From Polyangiaceae bacterium (GTDB taxonomy: Bacteria > Myxococcota_A > Polyangia > Polyangiales > Polyangiaceae): a DNA stretch of 64,000 nt. Below are positions 22,464-31,583 of this stretch, in pieces. Each line of letters starts with the position of its first letter. The stretch's first letter is position 1. Below the pieces are notes generated by a model. That model was not told the origin of the DNA. It searched no databases and was given only the letters and a program-made list of their open reading frames with translations. Where the stretch lies: the NCBI GenBank assembly GCA_036393165.1, contig DASVWO010000297.1, forward strand, positions 510 through 64,509, read 5' to 3'. Both the position numbers and the translations under genes were made by a program.

Positions 22464-23791
22464 CACTGCACCGAGACGGGCGCCGTCTCGTCCATGTTCG
22501 TCTTGCCGTCGCCGAGCTGCCCGAAGTCGTCCGACCCCCAGCACTGCACGTTGGGCGTCGCGAAGAGCGCGCACGTGTGGAAGCCGCCGGCCGTCAGGCT
22601 CTCGGGGTAACCGCCGACGTTGGACACGTTGACCGGTGTGCTGTGGTTGGAGGTGTCGCTGTTGCCGAGCTGCCCGGAGCCGCCCTGGCCCCAGCAGAGG
22701 ATGCCGCCCGTGGTGACATCGCTCGCGCATGCGTGCTCGCCGCCCACGGCGAGGAGGGTCGCACCCGTCGCGCCTTGCACCTGCACGGGCGTCGGGCTCG
22801 AGCTCGTCGAACCGTTGCCGAGCTGCCCCGACGCGCCGCTGCCCCAGCACAGCACGTCGCCACCGGCATCGTCGCCGACGAGCGCACACGAGAAGGCCGT
22901 GCCCACTCCGATCGCCGTGGCCCCTGCGACACCGGCGACGGCCGTCGGAACGAGGACACCAGCGTCCGGCGTCACGTTCCCGTTCCCGATCTGTCCCGAC
23001 GAGTCGTCCCCCCAGCACGCGACGGTGCCGTCGACCATCAGGGCGCACGCGTGCTGGTAGAAGGCGGCGACCGCCTTCGCGGCGCCCCCGAGCTGCGCCT
23101 TCACCGCCGTGAGGCTCATCATCGACGCGCCGTTGCCGAGCTCCCCGAGCAGCCCGTCGCCGACGCACCACACGTCGCCCCCCGATACGACGGCGCACGT
23201 GAAGGCCTCACCCGAAGCGATCGCGATGGGAGCCGACGGGAACACGCTCGTCGGCACGGGCGCCGGCGAGTCGGCGTCCACGATCCCATCCCCCAGCTCT
23301 CCCAGGCCGCCCTTGCCGGCGCATTCACCCCCGCCTCCGTCGCGCGCGAGCGTCGCGCACGTGTCGTGCGCGCCGGCGAAGAGATCCGCGAGTCCCGGCG
23401 ACATCGCATACACCGGCGTGGCCGAGCTGGCTCCGGTGCCCGTTCCGAGCTCCCCGAAGTCGTCGTTCCGTCCCCAGCACTTGGCGTAACCCGTGTCGCC
23501 GAAGAAGGCGCACGTGTGGAACTTTCCGGCGGTCACCTTCGTCACCGAGCCGGCGTCGGCGGGGTACACGATGCCGGAGTCGCCTGCGTCGATCGGCGGA
23601 GCTCCCTCTCGCGCGTCGCCGCTGGGCGGCCCATCCGTACCCGATTCCGCCGGCGTTGCATCGACGCCACTCCCCGCGTCCGCATCCATCGCGCGGTAAT
23701 CGCGGTCGATTCCGAAGATCGAGGTGCAGCTCGCACACGCCGCGAGAGCCGCGAGCGCGAGCGTGAGGGCAGCCGCGGTCCTCGGTCGCAT
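22460..23791 (-). CDS. RCC1-repeat (seven-bladed propeller) lipoprotein
   Basis: Inner ATG of ORF 22460..23818 gives MRPRTAAALTLALAALAAC. Seven repeats of type CWG.(N/G/D)..GQLG(N/D)G. Confidence 0.85.
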
Positions 23792-23816
23792 CGTTTCCAA
23801 TGGTAACCTGTGCGTC

Positions 23817-25259
23817 ATGTCCGCGGCCGCCGTCCAGCCGCTCGTCGTCGGCCGCTACGCGATCTTCGACCGGATCGCGGCCGGCGGCATGGCGAGCGTG
23901 CACGTGGGGCGGCTCGTCGGCGAGGGAGGCTTCGCCCGCACCATCGCGGTCAAGCGGCTGCACCCCCAGTTCGCGCTCGATCCCGAGTTCGTCGCGATGT
24001 TCCTGGACGAGGCGCGGCTCGCGGCGCGCATCCGGCACCCGAACGTCGTGGCGACGGTGGACATCGTGGTCTCCAACGGGGAGCCGCTGCTCGTCATGGA
24101 ATACGTGGACGGCGAGTCGCTGTCGTCGCTCCTTCGCGCCGTGCAGGACCGCAGCACGCGCGCGCCCATCGACGTCGTCGCGGGCGTGATGACGCAGGCG
24201 CTCGCGGGCCTGCACGCGGCGCACGAAGCGAGGAACGACCTCGGCGAGCCGCTCGGGCTCGTGCACCGCGACGTGTCGCCGCAGAACGTGCTCGTGGGCA
24301 CCGACGGCGTGGCACGCGTCCTCGACTTCGGCGTCGCCAAGGCGCTGGGCAAGCTGCACACGACGCGCGAGGGGCAGCTCAAGGGCAAGCTCGGTTATCT
24401 CGCGCCGGAGCAGATCGCCGGCCACGCGGTGACGCGACGGACCGACGTGTTCGCGGCGGCGGTGGTGTTCTGGGAAGCGCTCGCGGGGCGAAGGCTCTTC
24501 TCCGCCGACAGCGAAGGAGGCGTCCTGCAGCGAATCATGGATGGCGACGTGCAGGCCCCGAGCGTGCACGCGCCCGACGTTCCCGCGGAGCTGGATGCCG
24601 TGGTGCTGCGAGGTCTCTCGAAGGAGCCCGCGGACCGCTTCGACTCGGCGGCAGAGATGGCCGAGGCGATCGAGCGCGCCACGCCCGCGGCGACGGCTCG
24701 CGCGATCGGACAGTGGGTGTCGGATCTCGCGGCGCCGACGCTCCAGGCGCGCGCGCGGCTCATCGAGTCGATCGAGAGCAGCACGGCGGGGCAACCCGCG
24801 TCGTCGCGTTTGCCCACGCCACCGGCGGTCATGGCGGCACCGACGATCCCGGATGCCAGGGAGGCCGGTCCGCAGACGAGCATCTCGGTCGCCGCGGACC
24901 GGGAGCGCCCGCCGCCGCCTGCGAGGCGATGGTCGTGGGCGTGGATCGGGCTCGGCGGAGCCGTGATGGGCGGAGCCGTGGCGAGCGCCATCCTGCTCGG
25001 TCGGACGCAGCCGCGCGATGCGGCGCTTCCTTCGGCAGTCGGAACCCCCGCGACGATGGCGCCGGCGCCCATGCCCATGGAATCGATTGCTCCTCCGGAT
25101 CCCGCCGTGGCTAGCGCCCCGCCGATCGCGTCGTCGTCGACCACCACGCCAGCACCAACTGCCCCGAGCCATGGCGCAGGGAGGCGTCCGGCTCGACCAA
25201 GGCCGGCATCCCCTCCTCCTTCTCCGCCGGCGCCTTCGAGCATCTACACGCGCGAGTGA
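23817..25259 (+). CDS. Hanks-type serine/threonine protein kinase, single TM, Pro-rich C-terminal tail
   Basis: Inner ATG of ORF 23724..25259. Glycine-rich nucleotide-binding loop GRYAIFDRIAAGGMASVHVG. Motifs AVKRL, HRDVSPQNVLV, DFGVAK and GYLAPEQ. TM segment WSWAWIGLGGAVMGGAVASAILL. Confidence 0.9.
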   Translation: MSAAAVQPLVVGRYAIFDRIAAGGMASVHVGRLVGEGGFARTIAVKRLHPQFALDPEFVAMFLDEARLAARIRHPNVVATVDIVVSNGEPLLVMEYVDGESLSSLLRAVQDRSTRAPIDVVAGVMTQALAGLHAAHEARNDLGEPLGLVHRDVSPQNVLVGTDGVARVLDFGVAKALGKLHTTREGQLKGKLGYLAPEQIAGHAVTRRTDVFAAAVVFWEALAGRRLFSADSEGGVLQRIMDGDVQAPSVHAPDVPAELDAVVLRGLSKEPADRFDSAAEMAEAIERATPAATARAIGQWVSDLAAPTLQARARLIESIESSTAGQPASSRLPTPPAVMAAPTIPDAREAGPQTSISVAADRERPPPPARRWSWAWIGLGGAVMGGAVASAILLGRTQPRDAALPSAVGTPATMAPAPMPMESIAPPDPAVASAPPIASSSTTTPAPTAPSHGAGRRPARPRPASPPPSPPAPSSIYTRE

Positions 25260-25272
25260 CGCGCCGGGCGCA

Positions 25273-26994
25273 TCAGCGCGCGCCGACGCGCTGGAGGCAT
25301 CGCGCCTCGCCCGCTGCATCGCCCCGCGCCCGGTATGCTCTCGCGAGCGCGATCCACGCGGTGTCGTAGGTGCGGTCCGCCTCTCCCGCCCAGCTCCACG
25401 GATCCTCCGGCCGCGTGCGGTCGCGGTGGAAGCGTTGACCCCACTCCTGGTTCGTCCATTCGAGGACCTCGGGTTCCAGCATCGGTTCGCCGGGCGGCAG
25501 CACGAGAGACACCGTGCCGATGGCCTCCGTCTGGAATCCGTCGGGGGTGAGCTGCTCGAGGGAATCCGTCAGATAGACCTGCCGCCCCGAGCTCGCCTCG
25601 GCTGCGACGAGGCCCTTCGCCTCGCTCCCCACGGGCACGCCGTCGCCGAGTGCCGACGCGATCCGCGCGCGGTACCAGTCGGTGCGGAGCATGCCGGCAT
25701 CCACGTAGGTGACGTCGCGGTGGAGCCCGAGCACTTGCTGCTCGACGAGGAAGCCGAAGAAGCGGTGATCGCCCGATCCGACGACGATGGCGCGAGGCGG
25801 CAGGCTCTCGAGCGTGTCCTCGAGGTAATGCTCCACCGTCGGGCGCTCGTACTCGGCGATGCGCGGGGGCCCGCGCCACGCGTCCACCAACATGGCGACG
25901 ATCGCGGCGCCGGCTGCGATGCGCTCCCGGGCATCTCGCGGCGCTCGCTCGAGCATGGCGTCGACACCCCACGCGAGCGGGATCGACAGGAGCAGCAGCG
26001 GCAGGATGTGCATGCGCTCGATGATGAGCGCGTAGATGCCGACGGGACGCCCGACGACGGTCGCGAGGACGGCGGGCCCTGCGAGCAGCCAGCTCACCGC
26101 GACGGCGACGCCTCCGCCGCGGTCGCGACGGAACCCGCGCACGAGGCCGAGCACCGCGATGGGCAGGCCGATCCATAGCGTCGCGACCGCGAGCGAGTGC
26201 CCCATCGCGGAGAGATGCGCCACGGGGACCGGCACGCGCGTGTCCTCGGCCCGGAGGCTCCAGTAGTCCGTGCGGAGCAGGTGGTGGAAGAAGCCATGGG
26301 CATCCATCGGCCCGCCCCACACCCAGCGACCCTCCGGATGCCGTGACGCCCAGACGACGTAGTCGTATGGCGCGAGGCCGAGCACCAAGGCGGCACCGGC
26401 GAGCAGCCACGAACGGGGCCGCCCTGCCCTGCCCTCTTCGCTCCAGGCGCGCACCACGGCCAGCAGCCCCACCGGCGCCAGGGCGAGGAACGTCGGGTGA
26501 TGGCTGAGCCCCAGGCCCACGACGAGCCCCGCGGCCACGATGCGACGCTCGCCCCTGAGCGGACACGCCGGGCCAGCAAGCGCGAGGAGACCGGCGCAGA
26601 GCACGGCGTTGAGAGCGAAGACCTCCGCCTGGGTCGCATAGATCCACGTGAGCGGCGCGAACGCATACACGACGCAGGCGACCGCCGAAGCCCCGCGCGA
26701 CGCCCCCCAGCTCCGGCACGCGGCGTACAGCAGGCCCACGGCGATCGCGCCGACGATCGCCGTCACCCGTGCCGCCGCGAGCGACGGCGTCGCACCGGGC
26801 ATCCACGACATCGCGCGCATCAGGAGCGTCCACAGCGGATACCCCGGGGGATGCGCGACCCCGCCGAGCGCGAAGAGCGCCGTGAACTCGCCCGCATCGC
26901 CGCCGAGCACGTACGGGCACGCGAACCCGAGATACGCGACGAGCGCGGCCCCCACGAGGGCCACGGGCACGTCGATGCGCGTGCGGCCGGTCAT
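25273..26994 (-). CDS. DUF2723 (TMEM260-like, glycosyltransferase-fold) polytopic membrane protein
   Basis: ORF 573 aa. N-terminal GGDAGEFTALFALGGVAHPPGYPLWTLL signature. About 10 TM plus a soluble C-terminal region. Confidence 0.7.
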   Translation of the reverse strand: MTGRTRIDVPVALVGAALVAYLGFACPYVLGGDAGEFTALFALGGVAHPPGYPLWTLLMRAMSWMPGATPSLAAARVTAIVGAIAVGLLYAACRSWGASRGASAVACVVYAFAPLTWIYATQAEVFALNAVLCAGLLALAGPACPLRGERRIVAAGLVVGLGLSHHPTFLALAPVGLLAVVRAWSEEGRAGRPRSWLLAGAALVLGLAPYDYVVWASRHPEGRWVWGGPMDAHGFFHHLLRTDYWSLRAEDTRVPVPVAHLSAMGHSLAVATLWIGLPIAVLGLVRGFRRDRGGGVAVAVSWLLAGPAVLATVVGRPVGIYALIIERMHILPLLLLSIPLAWGVDAMLERAPRDARERIAAGAAIVAMLVDAWRGPPRIAEYERPTVEHYLEDTLESLPPRAIVVGSGDHRFFGFLVEQQVLGLHRDVTYVDAGMLRTDWYRARIASALGDGVPVGSEAKGLVAAEASSGRQVYLTDSLEQLTPDGFQTEAIGTVSLVLPPGEPMLEPEVLEWTNQEWGQRFHRDRTRPEDPWSWAGEADRTYDTAWIALARAYRARGDAAGEARCLQRVGAR

Positions 26995-27012
26995 CCGAGC
27001 CGCAAGTCTACG

Positions 27013-27795
27013 TCACGGCCTCCTCAGACCCGCAGCGTTGGTGAGCAGCATCTCGCGCACGGCGGCAGAGCGCTCGCGCGCGACCGGCACGTGCACCCCC
27101 TGCCCTGCGCCGGCCACGCCGGCGCCCACGAAGAGCTTCGTCTCGTGGCCGTCGCGCTCGAGCTCCTTGATGTGCGCCGCGTTCACCAGCCAGTTGCGGT
27201 GCACGCGGACGAACGCCCGCCCGAACGACGTCTCGACCGCCGCGAGCGACAGGTCGATGTCGAACGTCCCGTGCAGCGTGTGCACGAAGGTCAGCCGGTC
27301 CGCCGCCTCGAACGCCCAGATCTCCGGGGGCTCGAGGAAGACGAGGCTTCGCTTCCGTCGCGCCACGATGCGCGTCGGTCGTGCGGCCTCCGGGACCGCC
27401 CCGCGACGCTGCTGCAGGCGCTCGAGACACTTCACGACGCGTTCCTCGCTGAAGGGCTTGAGCAGGTAGTCGACGACCCCCAGCTCGTACGCCTCGAGCG
27501 CGTGCTCCTCGAACGCCGTCGCCAGCACGAACATGGGCGCCCGCTCCGCCGACACGAGGCCCCGCACGAGCGACAGCCCGCTCTCGCCGCGCGCTGCACC
27601 GTCGATCTGCACGTCGACGAACGCCACGTCGATGCCCAGGGCCGATTCGTCCCCGCTCAGCGCCTGGCGCGCGTCCTCGAGACTACCTACCGCGCCCACC
27701 ACCTGGGCGAGGCCCGACGTCTCGAGCAGCTCGACGAGGTAGTTGCGCGCCGGCCACTCGTCCTCGACCACCAGGGCGCGAAGGGGCCGAGGCAT
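27013..27795 (-). CDS. LytR/AlgR-family response regulator (receiver + LytTR DNA-binding domain)
   Basis: ORF 260 aa. ALVVEDEWPARNYL receiver. FVRVHRNWLVNAAHIKEL LytTR. Confidence 0.88.
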   Translation of the reverse strand: MPRPLRALVVEDEWPARNYLVELLETSGLAQVVGAVGSLEDARQALSGDESALGIDVAFVDVQIDGAARGESGLSLVRGLVSAERAPMFVLATAFEEHALEAYELGVVDYLLKPFSEERVVKCLERLQQRRGAVPEAARPTRIVARRKRSLVFLEPPEIWAFEAADRLTFVHTLHGTFDIDLSLAAVETSFGRAFVRVHRNWLVNAAHIKELERDGHETKLFVGAGVAGAGQGVHVPVARERSAAVREMLLTNAAGLRRP

Positions 27796-27796
27796 C

Positions 27797-28864
27797 TCAG
27801 GCCCCCTGCGCGACGCGCGACAGCTCGACGATCGACCGCGTCCCCTCGGGAGACGACTCGAGGCGCAGCGAAGCCGCCGGAGCCTCGAGCTCCAGCCGCC
27901 GCCTCACCGCGTGCAACCCGAAGGCGCCCGCGCGCACATCGGAGTCTGGCATGCCCGGTCCGTTGTCCTCGACGGTGCAGACCAGCCCCCCGCCGTCGGT
28001 CATGCGAGCCCGCACGACCACGCACCCGTCGCCGTCGCCCCTTCGCAGCGCCCCGTGCTTCACCGCGTTCTCCACGAGCGGCTGCAAGAGAAGTCGCGGC
28101 AGCACTGCGCGCTCGGCGCCCTGCGCGACGTCCCACTCGAAGCGGAGCGCCCCGCGGTGGCGCGCCTCGAGGATCTGCGCGTACCGCCGGAGCCACGCGA
28201 TCTGCTTCTCCAGCGTCTGCGTCTCGCTCGTCTCCTGGACCGCCTCGCGCAGGAGCTCTCCGAGGCAGACGAGCAGGCGCCGCGCCTCCTTCGGCTCCTC
28301 GGTGACGAGGCCCGCGATGGCATTGAGCGTGTTGAGGAGGAAGTGCGGCTCCAGGTGCGCCCGCAACCTGGCGAGCTCGGCCTCGCTGCGAAGCTGCGCC
28401 GCCTCCAGCGACCGGATGCGTGCGCTCTCGACGGCGAACGGATACGCGTACGCGAGCGACCACAGACCGAAGTAGAGCTGCGCGTTGAAGATGCCGAAGA
28501 GCGTCGTCCGGAAGAAGCTCACGCCGTTGGGGAAGTGGAGGCGAAGCTCGGGGACCTGCGTCGCGACGAGCCCGTAGAGCAGCCCGAAGGCCACGCCGAT
28601 GCCCGTGGCGATCGCCGCACCCATGGCGAGCGCCTGCACGGCGGTGGTGTCGCGCCGGACCGCCCACCGGAACGACGTGGTCAAGGCGAGCATCAAGAGG
28701 GGCAGCTCGAGCGCCATGAACGCGAACCTGGCGAGGATCCGCGCGCTCTCGCGGCCCGCGACGACGTCTGTGGCCAGCTGGAGGAGCACGACGGCGGCGA
28801 CCACCACCAGGCCGATGACGCGGCGTTTCCTCTGCTCGCGCTGAAGCGATGCGCTCATGACCAT
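27797..28864 (-). CDS. LytS/YehU-type sensor histidine kinase
   Basis: ORF 355 aa. N-terminal TM helices. HFLLNTLNAIAGLV (His_kinase family). LQPLVENAVKHG and DNGPGM (HATPase). Confidence 0.85.
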   Translation of the reverse strand: MVMSASLQREQRKRRVIGLVVVAAVVLLQLATDVVAGRESARILARFAFMALELPLLMLALTTSFRWAVRRDTTAVQALAMGAAIATGIGVAFGLLYGLVATQVPELRLHFPNGVSFFRTTLFGIFNAQLYFGLWSLAYAYPFAVESARIRSLEAAQLRSEAELARLRAHLEPHFLLNTLNAIAGLVTEEPKEARRLLVCLGELLREAVQETSETQTLEKQIAWLRRYAQILEARHRGALRFEWDVAQGAERAVLPRLLLQPLVENAVKHGALRRGDGDGCVVVRARMTDGGGLVCTVEDNGPGMPDSDVRAGAFGLHAVRRRLELEAPAASLRLESSPEGTRSIVELSRVAQGA

Positions 28865-28950
28865 TTAAGCGTACAACGCGCCGCGAAAACGTGGAGCCCT
28901 GCCGGTCCGAAGGGTGGCGCCGTCCGTCCGTCTCTTTCGACGGCTCGTCG

Positions 28951-28976
28951 CTTGCCCCGCTCACGACCGGGGCAAG
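28951..28976. promoter_or_regulatory. perfect 9-bp inverted repeat (CTTGCCCCG-N8-CGGGGCAAG) in the divergent HK / efflux-operon intergenic region
   Basis: Read directly from the sequence. Located 26 nt upstream of the OMF start codon (29002). Confidence 0.35.
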
Positions 28977-29001
28977 GCGGCATCTTAATGGGAGAAAGAC
29001 G

Positions 29002-30360
29002 ATGGGACACGCTCGCTTCCTGGCTGCAGCTCTTGCCCGTGCCTCGGCGGCCGCGCTGGTCGCGTGGCCGACCAGCCCGGCCATGGCCCAGGAGCAGAGC
29101 CATGCCACCCGCGTGCTGACGCTCGCCCAGGTCGAGCAGGTCGCCTCGCAGCAGCCGCAGATGCTGGTCGCGCGGGCCAACGCGGAGGTGGCCGAGGCGC
29201 AGTCGGGCCAGGCTCATGCGCCGATGCTGCCCCAGGTGACCGCGCAGGCCGGGTACACGCGAGAGACGGGCAACTTCGCGCTCTCGCCGGCGCAGGCGGC
29301 CGCGTTCAACCGTCCCGGCGCCACGGCGCCATCGACGTCGCTCACGACGTCGTACAACTACTGGAACTTCGGCATCACGGCGTCGCAGCTCATCTACGAC
29401 TTCGGGCAGACGCCGGATCGCGCCAAGGCGTCGAGCCTCAACGCCGAAGCGCAGCGCGTCGCCGAGCGCACGACGCGCCTGCAGGTGATGCTGACCGTAC
29501 GGCAGGCGTACTTCAACGCGCGCGCGATGAAGGACCTCGTCGACGTGGCGAAGGAGACGCTGGACGATCAGAACAAGCACCTGATGCAGGTGCAGGGCTA
29601 CGTCCAGGTGGGCACCCAGCCGCCGATCGCCCTCGCGCAGCAGAAGGCCGGGGTGGCCAACGCGATCGTGCAGCTCATCTCCGCGCAGAACAACTACGAG
29701 ACGGCCAAGGCGCAGCTCAATCAGGCTGCCGGCATCACCGGCGGCACCGACTACGAAGTCGGCGACGAGCAGATCCCGACGGTGAACGACGAGGACCAGC
29801 CGCTCGAGACGCTCTACGCGAAGGCCATCGCCGCACGCCCCGAGCTGGCGACGCTGTACAAGGAGCGAGAGGCGCAGGAGGCCACGGTGACGTCGGCCAA
29901 GGGCGGGTACGGGCCGACGCTGTCGGCGAACGCGGGGATCACAGCCGTCGGGTACGCGCTCGACACCATGGCGCCGAACTGGTCCATCGGCGCCCTCCTC
30001 AACTGGCCCATCTTCCAGGGGGGTCTCACGAAGGCCACCGTGCGGCAGGCGGAGGCGCAGCTCTCGAGCATCGACGCGCAGACCGCGCTGCAGGAGCTCC
30101 AGGTTCGCCTGAGCGTCGACTCGGCGCGGCTCGCCGTGAAGGCGGCCAAGGCGACGATCGGCGCCGCCGAGGACGCGGTGAACAGCGCGCGCGAGCAGCT
30201 CCGGCTCGCAGAGCAGCGCTACTCCACGGGGGTGGGCAACATCATCGAGCTGGGAGATGCGCAGGTGGCCTACACCGCCGCCTCTGCACAGCTGGTCCAG
30301 GCGCGCTATGGCCTAGCAAGCGCCCGTGCGCAGCTCCTGGCTGCACTGGGAAGGACATGA
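29002..30360 (+). CDS. TolC-like outer membrane efflux factor
   Basis: Inner ATG of ORF 28891..30360. Signal MGHARFLAAALARASAAALVAWPTSPAMA. Two OEP-type coiled repeats (ARANAEVAEAQ..., LQELQVRLSVDSARLAV...). Confidence 0.85.
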   Translation: MGHARFLAAALARASAAALVAWPTSPAMAQEQSHATRVLTLAQVEQVASQQPQMLVARANAEVAEAQSGQAHAPMLPQVTAQAGYTRETGNFALSPAQAAAFNRPGATAPSTSLTTSYNYWNFGITASQLIYDFGQTPDRAKASSLNAEAQRVAERTTRLQVMLTVRQAYFNARAMKDLVDVAKETLDDQNKHLMQVQGYVQVGTQPPIALAQQKAGVANAIVQLISAQNNYETAKAQLNQAAGITGGTDYEVGDEQIPTVNDEDQPLETLYAKAIAARPELATLYKEREAQEATVTSAKGGYGPTLSANAGITAVGYALDTMAPNWSIGALLNWPIFQGGLTKATVRQAEAQLSSIDAQTALQELQVRLSVDSARLAVKAAKATIGAAEDAVNSAREQLRLAEQRYSTGVGNIIELGDAQVAYTAASAQLVQARYGLASARAQLLAALGRT

Positions 30361-31583
30361 TTCACGAGAACCCCATCTCTGCACCGACTCGTGCAGACGA
30401 CGCGCCGCGCCGGTCGTGGACGACGCGCGTCGTGCTCCTGGTCATCCTCGCTCTGCTGGTCGCAGGCGGGATCATCCTGGTGCGCTCCCGGTCGCGCGCG
30501 GCGGCGGCCGCTGCAGCCGCGGCGGCGAGCGCGATGCAGAACCGCGTGATCCCGGTCACGACGGCGGACGTCGTCCAGCGCGACGTGCCGGTGTGGCTCG
30601 AGGGGCTGGGGAACGTCGCCGCGTTCTACACGGTGACCGTCAAGACGCAGGTCGACGGGCGCATCGACAGGGTGCTCTTCAAGGAGGGGCAGCGCGTCAA
30701 GAAGGGCGACGTGCTCGTGCAGATCGATCCTCGCCCGTTCGCCATACAGCTCGAGTCGGCGCAGGCGGCCCTCGCCCGCGACCAGGCGAACCTCAAGAAC
30801 GCGCGGCTCAACCTCGATCGCTACAAGACGCTGAGCCAGCAGAACCTCATCGCGGTGCAGCAGTACACCGACCAGCAGGCGAGCGTGGACCAGCTCGACG
30901 CGCAGCTGCGCTCGGACCAGGCGACCATCGACGCGGCGAGGCTGAACCTCGACTACGCGCGCATCACGTCGCCCATCGACGGCGTCACCGGCGTGCGCCT
31001 CGTCGACCCCGGCAACGTCGTGCACGCGTCCGACCAGGGGGGCCTCGTGGTGGTCACGCAGCTCGATCCGATCGCCGTGTTCTTCACCTTGCCGGAGGAC
31101 GACCTGCCCGAGATCAACCAGGCGGCGTCCGGAGGGGCGAAGCTCGACGTCGAGGCGCTCAGCCGCGACGGCGACAAGCCCCTCGGCAAGGGCACCCTCT
31201 CGGTCGTCGACAACGAGATCAACCAGCAGACGGCGACCATCCGGCTCAAGGCCATCTTCGACAACCCGCAGTCGATGCTCTGGCCGAATCAGTTCGTCAA
31301 GGCGCGCCTGCACCTGCAGACGCGGCAGAACGCCATCGTGATCCCCGCGGCTGCGGTGCAGCACGGGCCGAACGGCACCTTCGCGTACGTCGTCGGGGCG
31401 GACCAGACGGCGCAGGTGAAGCCGCTCGACGTGCTCGCGACGCAGGGGGACCTCGCGGTGATCAAGAGCGGCGTCGCCCCCGGTGACCACGTCGTCATCG
31501 AGGGGCAGGCGCAGATCCGTCCGGGGGCGCACGTCTCGCCCAAGCCCGCGGCGTCGGCCGCCCCGGCATCGAGTACGAGATGA
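30357..31583 (+). CDS. mdtA: RND efflux membrane fusion protein (MdtA-like)
   Basis: ATG overlaps the OMF stop (ATGA at 30357-30360). TM anchor, then QVDGRIDRVLFKEGQRVKKGDVLVQIDPRPF (lipoyl/hairpin motif). Confidence 0.85.
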   Translation: MIHENPISAPTRADDAPRRSWTTRVVLLVILALLVAGGIILVRSRSRAAAAAAAAAASAMQNRVIPVTTADVVQRDVPVWLEGLGNVAAFYTVTVKTQVDGRIDRVLFKEGQRVKKGDVLVQIDPRPFAIQLESAQAALARDQANLKNARLNLDRYKTLSQQNLIAVQQYTDQQASVDQLDAQLRSDQATIDAARLNLDYARITSPIDGVTGVRLVDPGNVVHASDQGGLVVVTQLDPIAVFFTLPEDDLPEINQAASGGAKLDVEALSRDGDKPLGKGTLSVVDNEINQQTATIRLKAIFDNPQSMLWPNQFVKARLHLQTRQNAIVIPAAAVQHGPNGTFAYVVGADQTAQVKPLDVLATQGDLAVIKSGVAPGDHVVIEGQAQIRPGAHVSPKPAASAAPASSTR

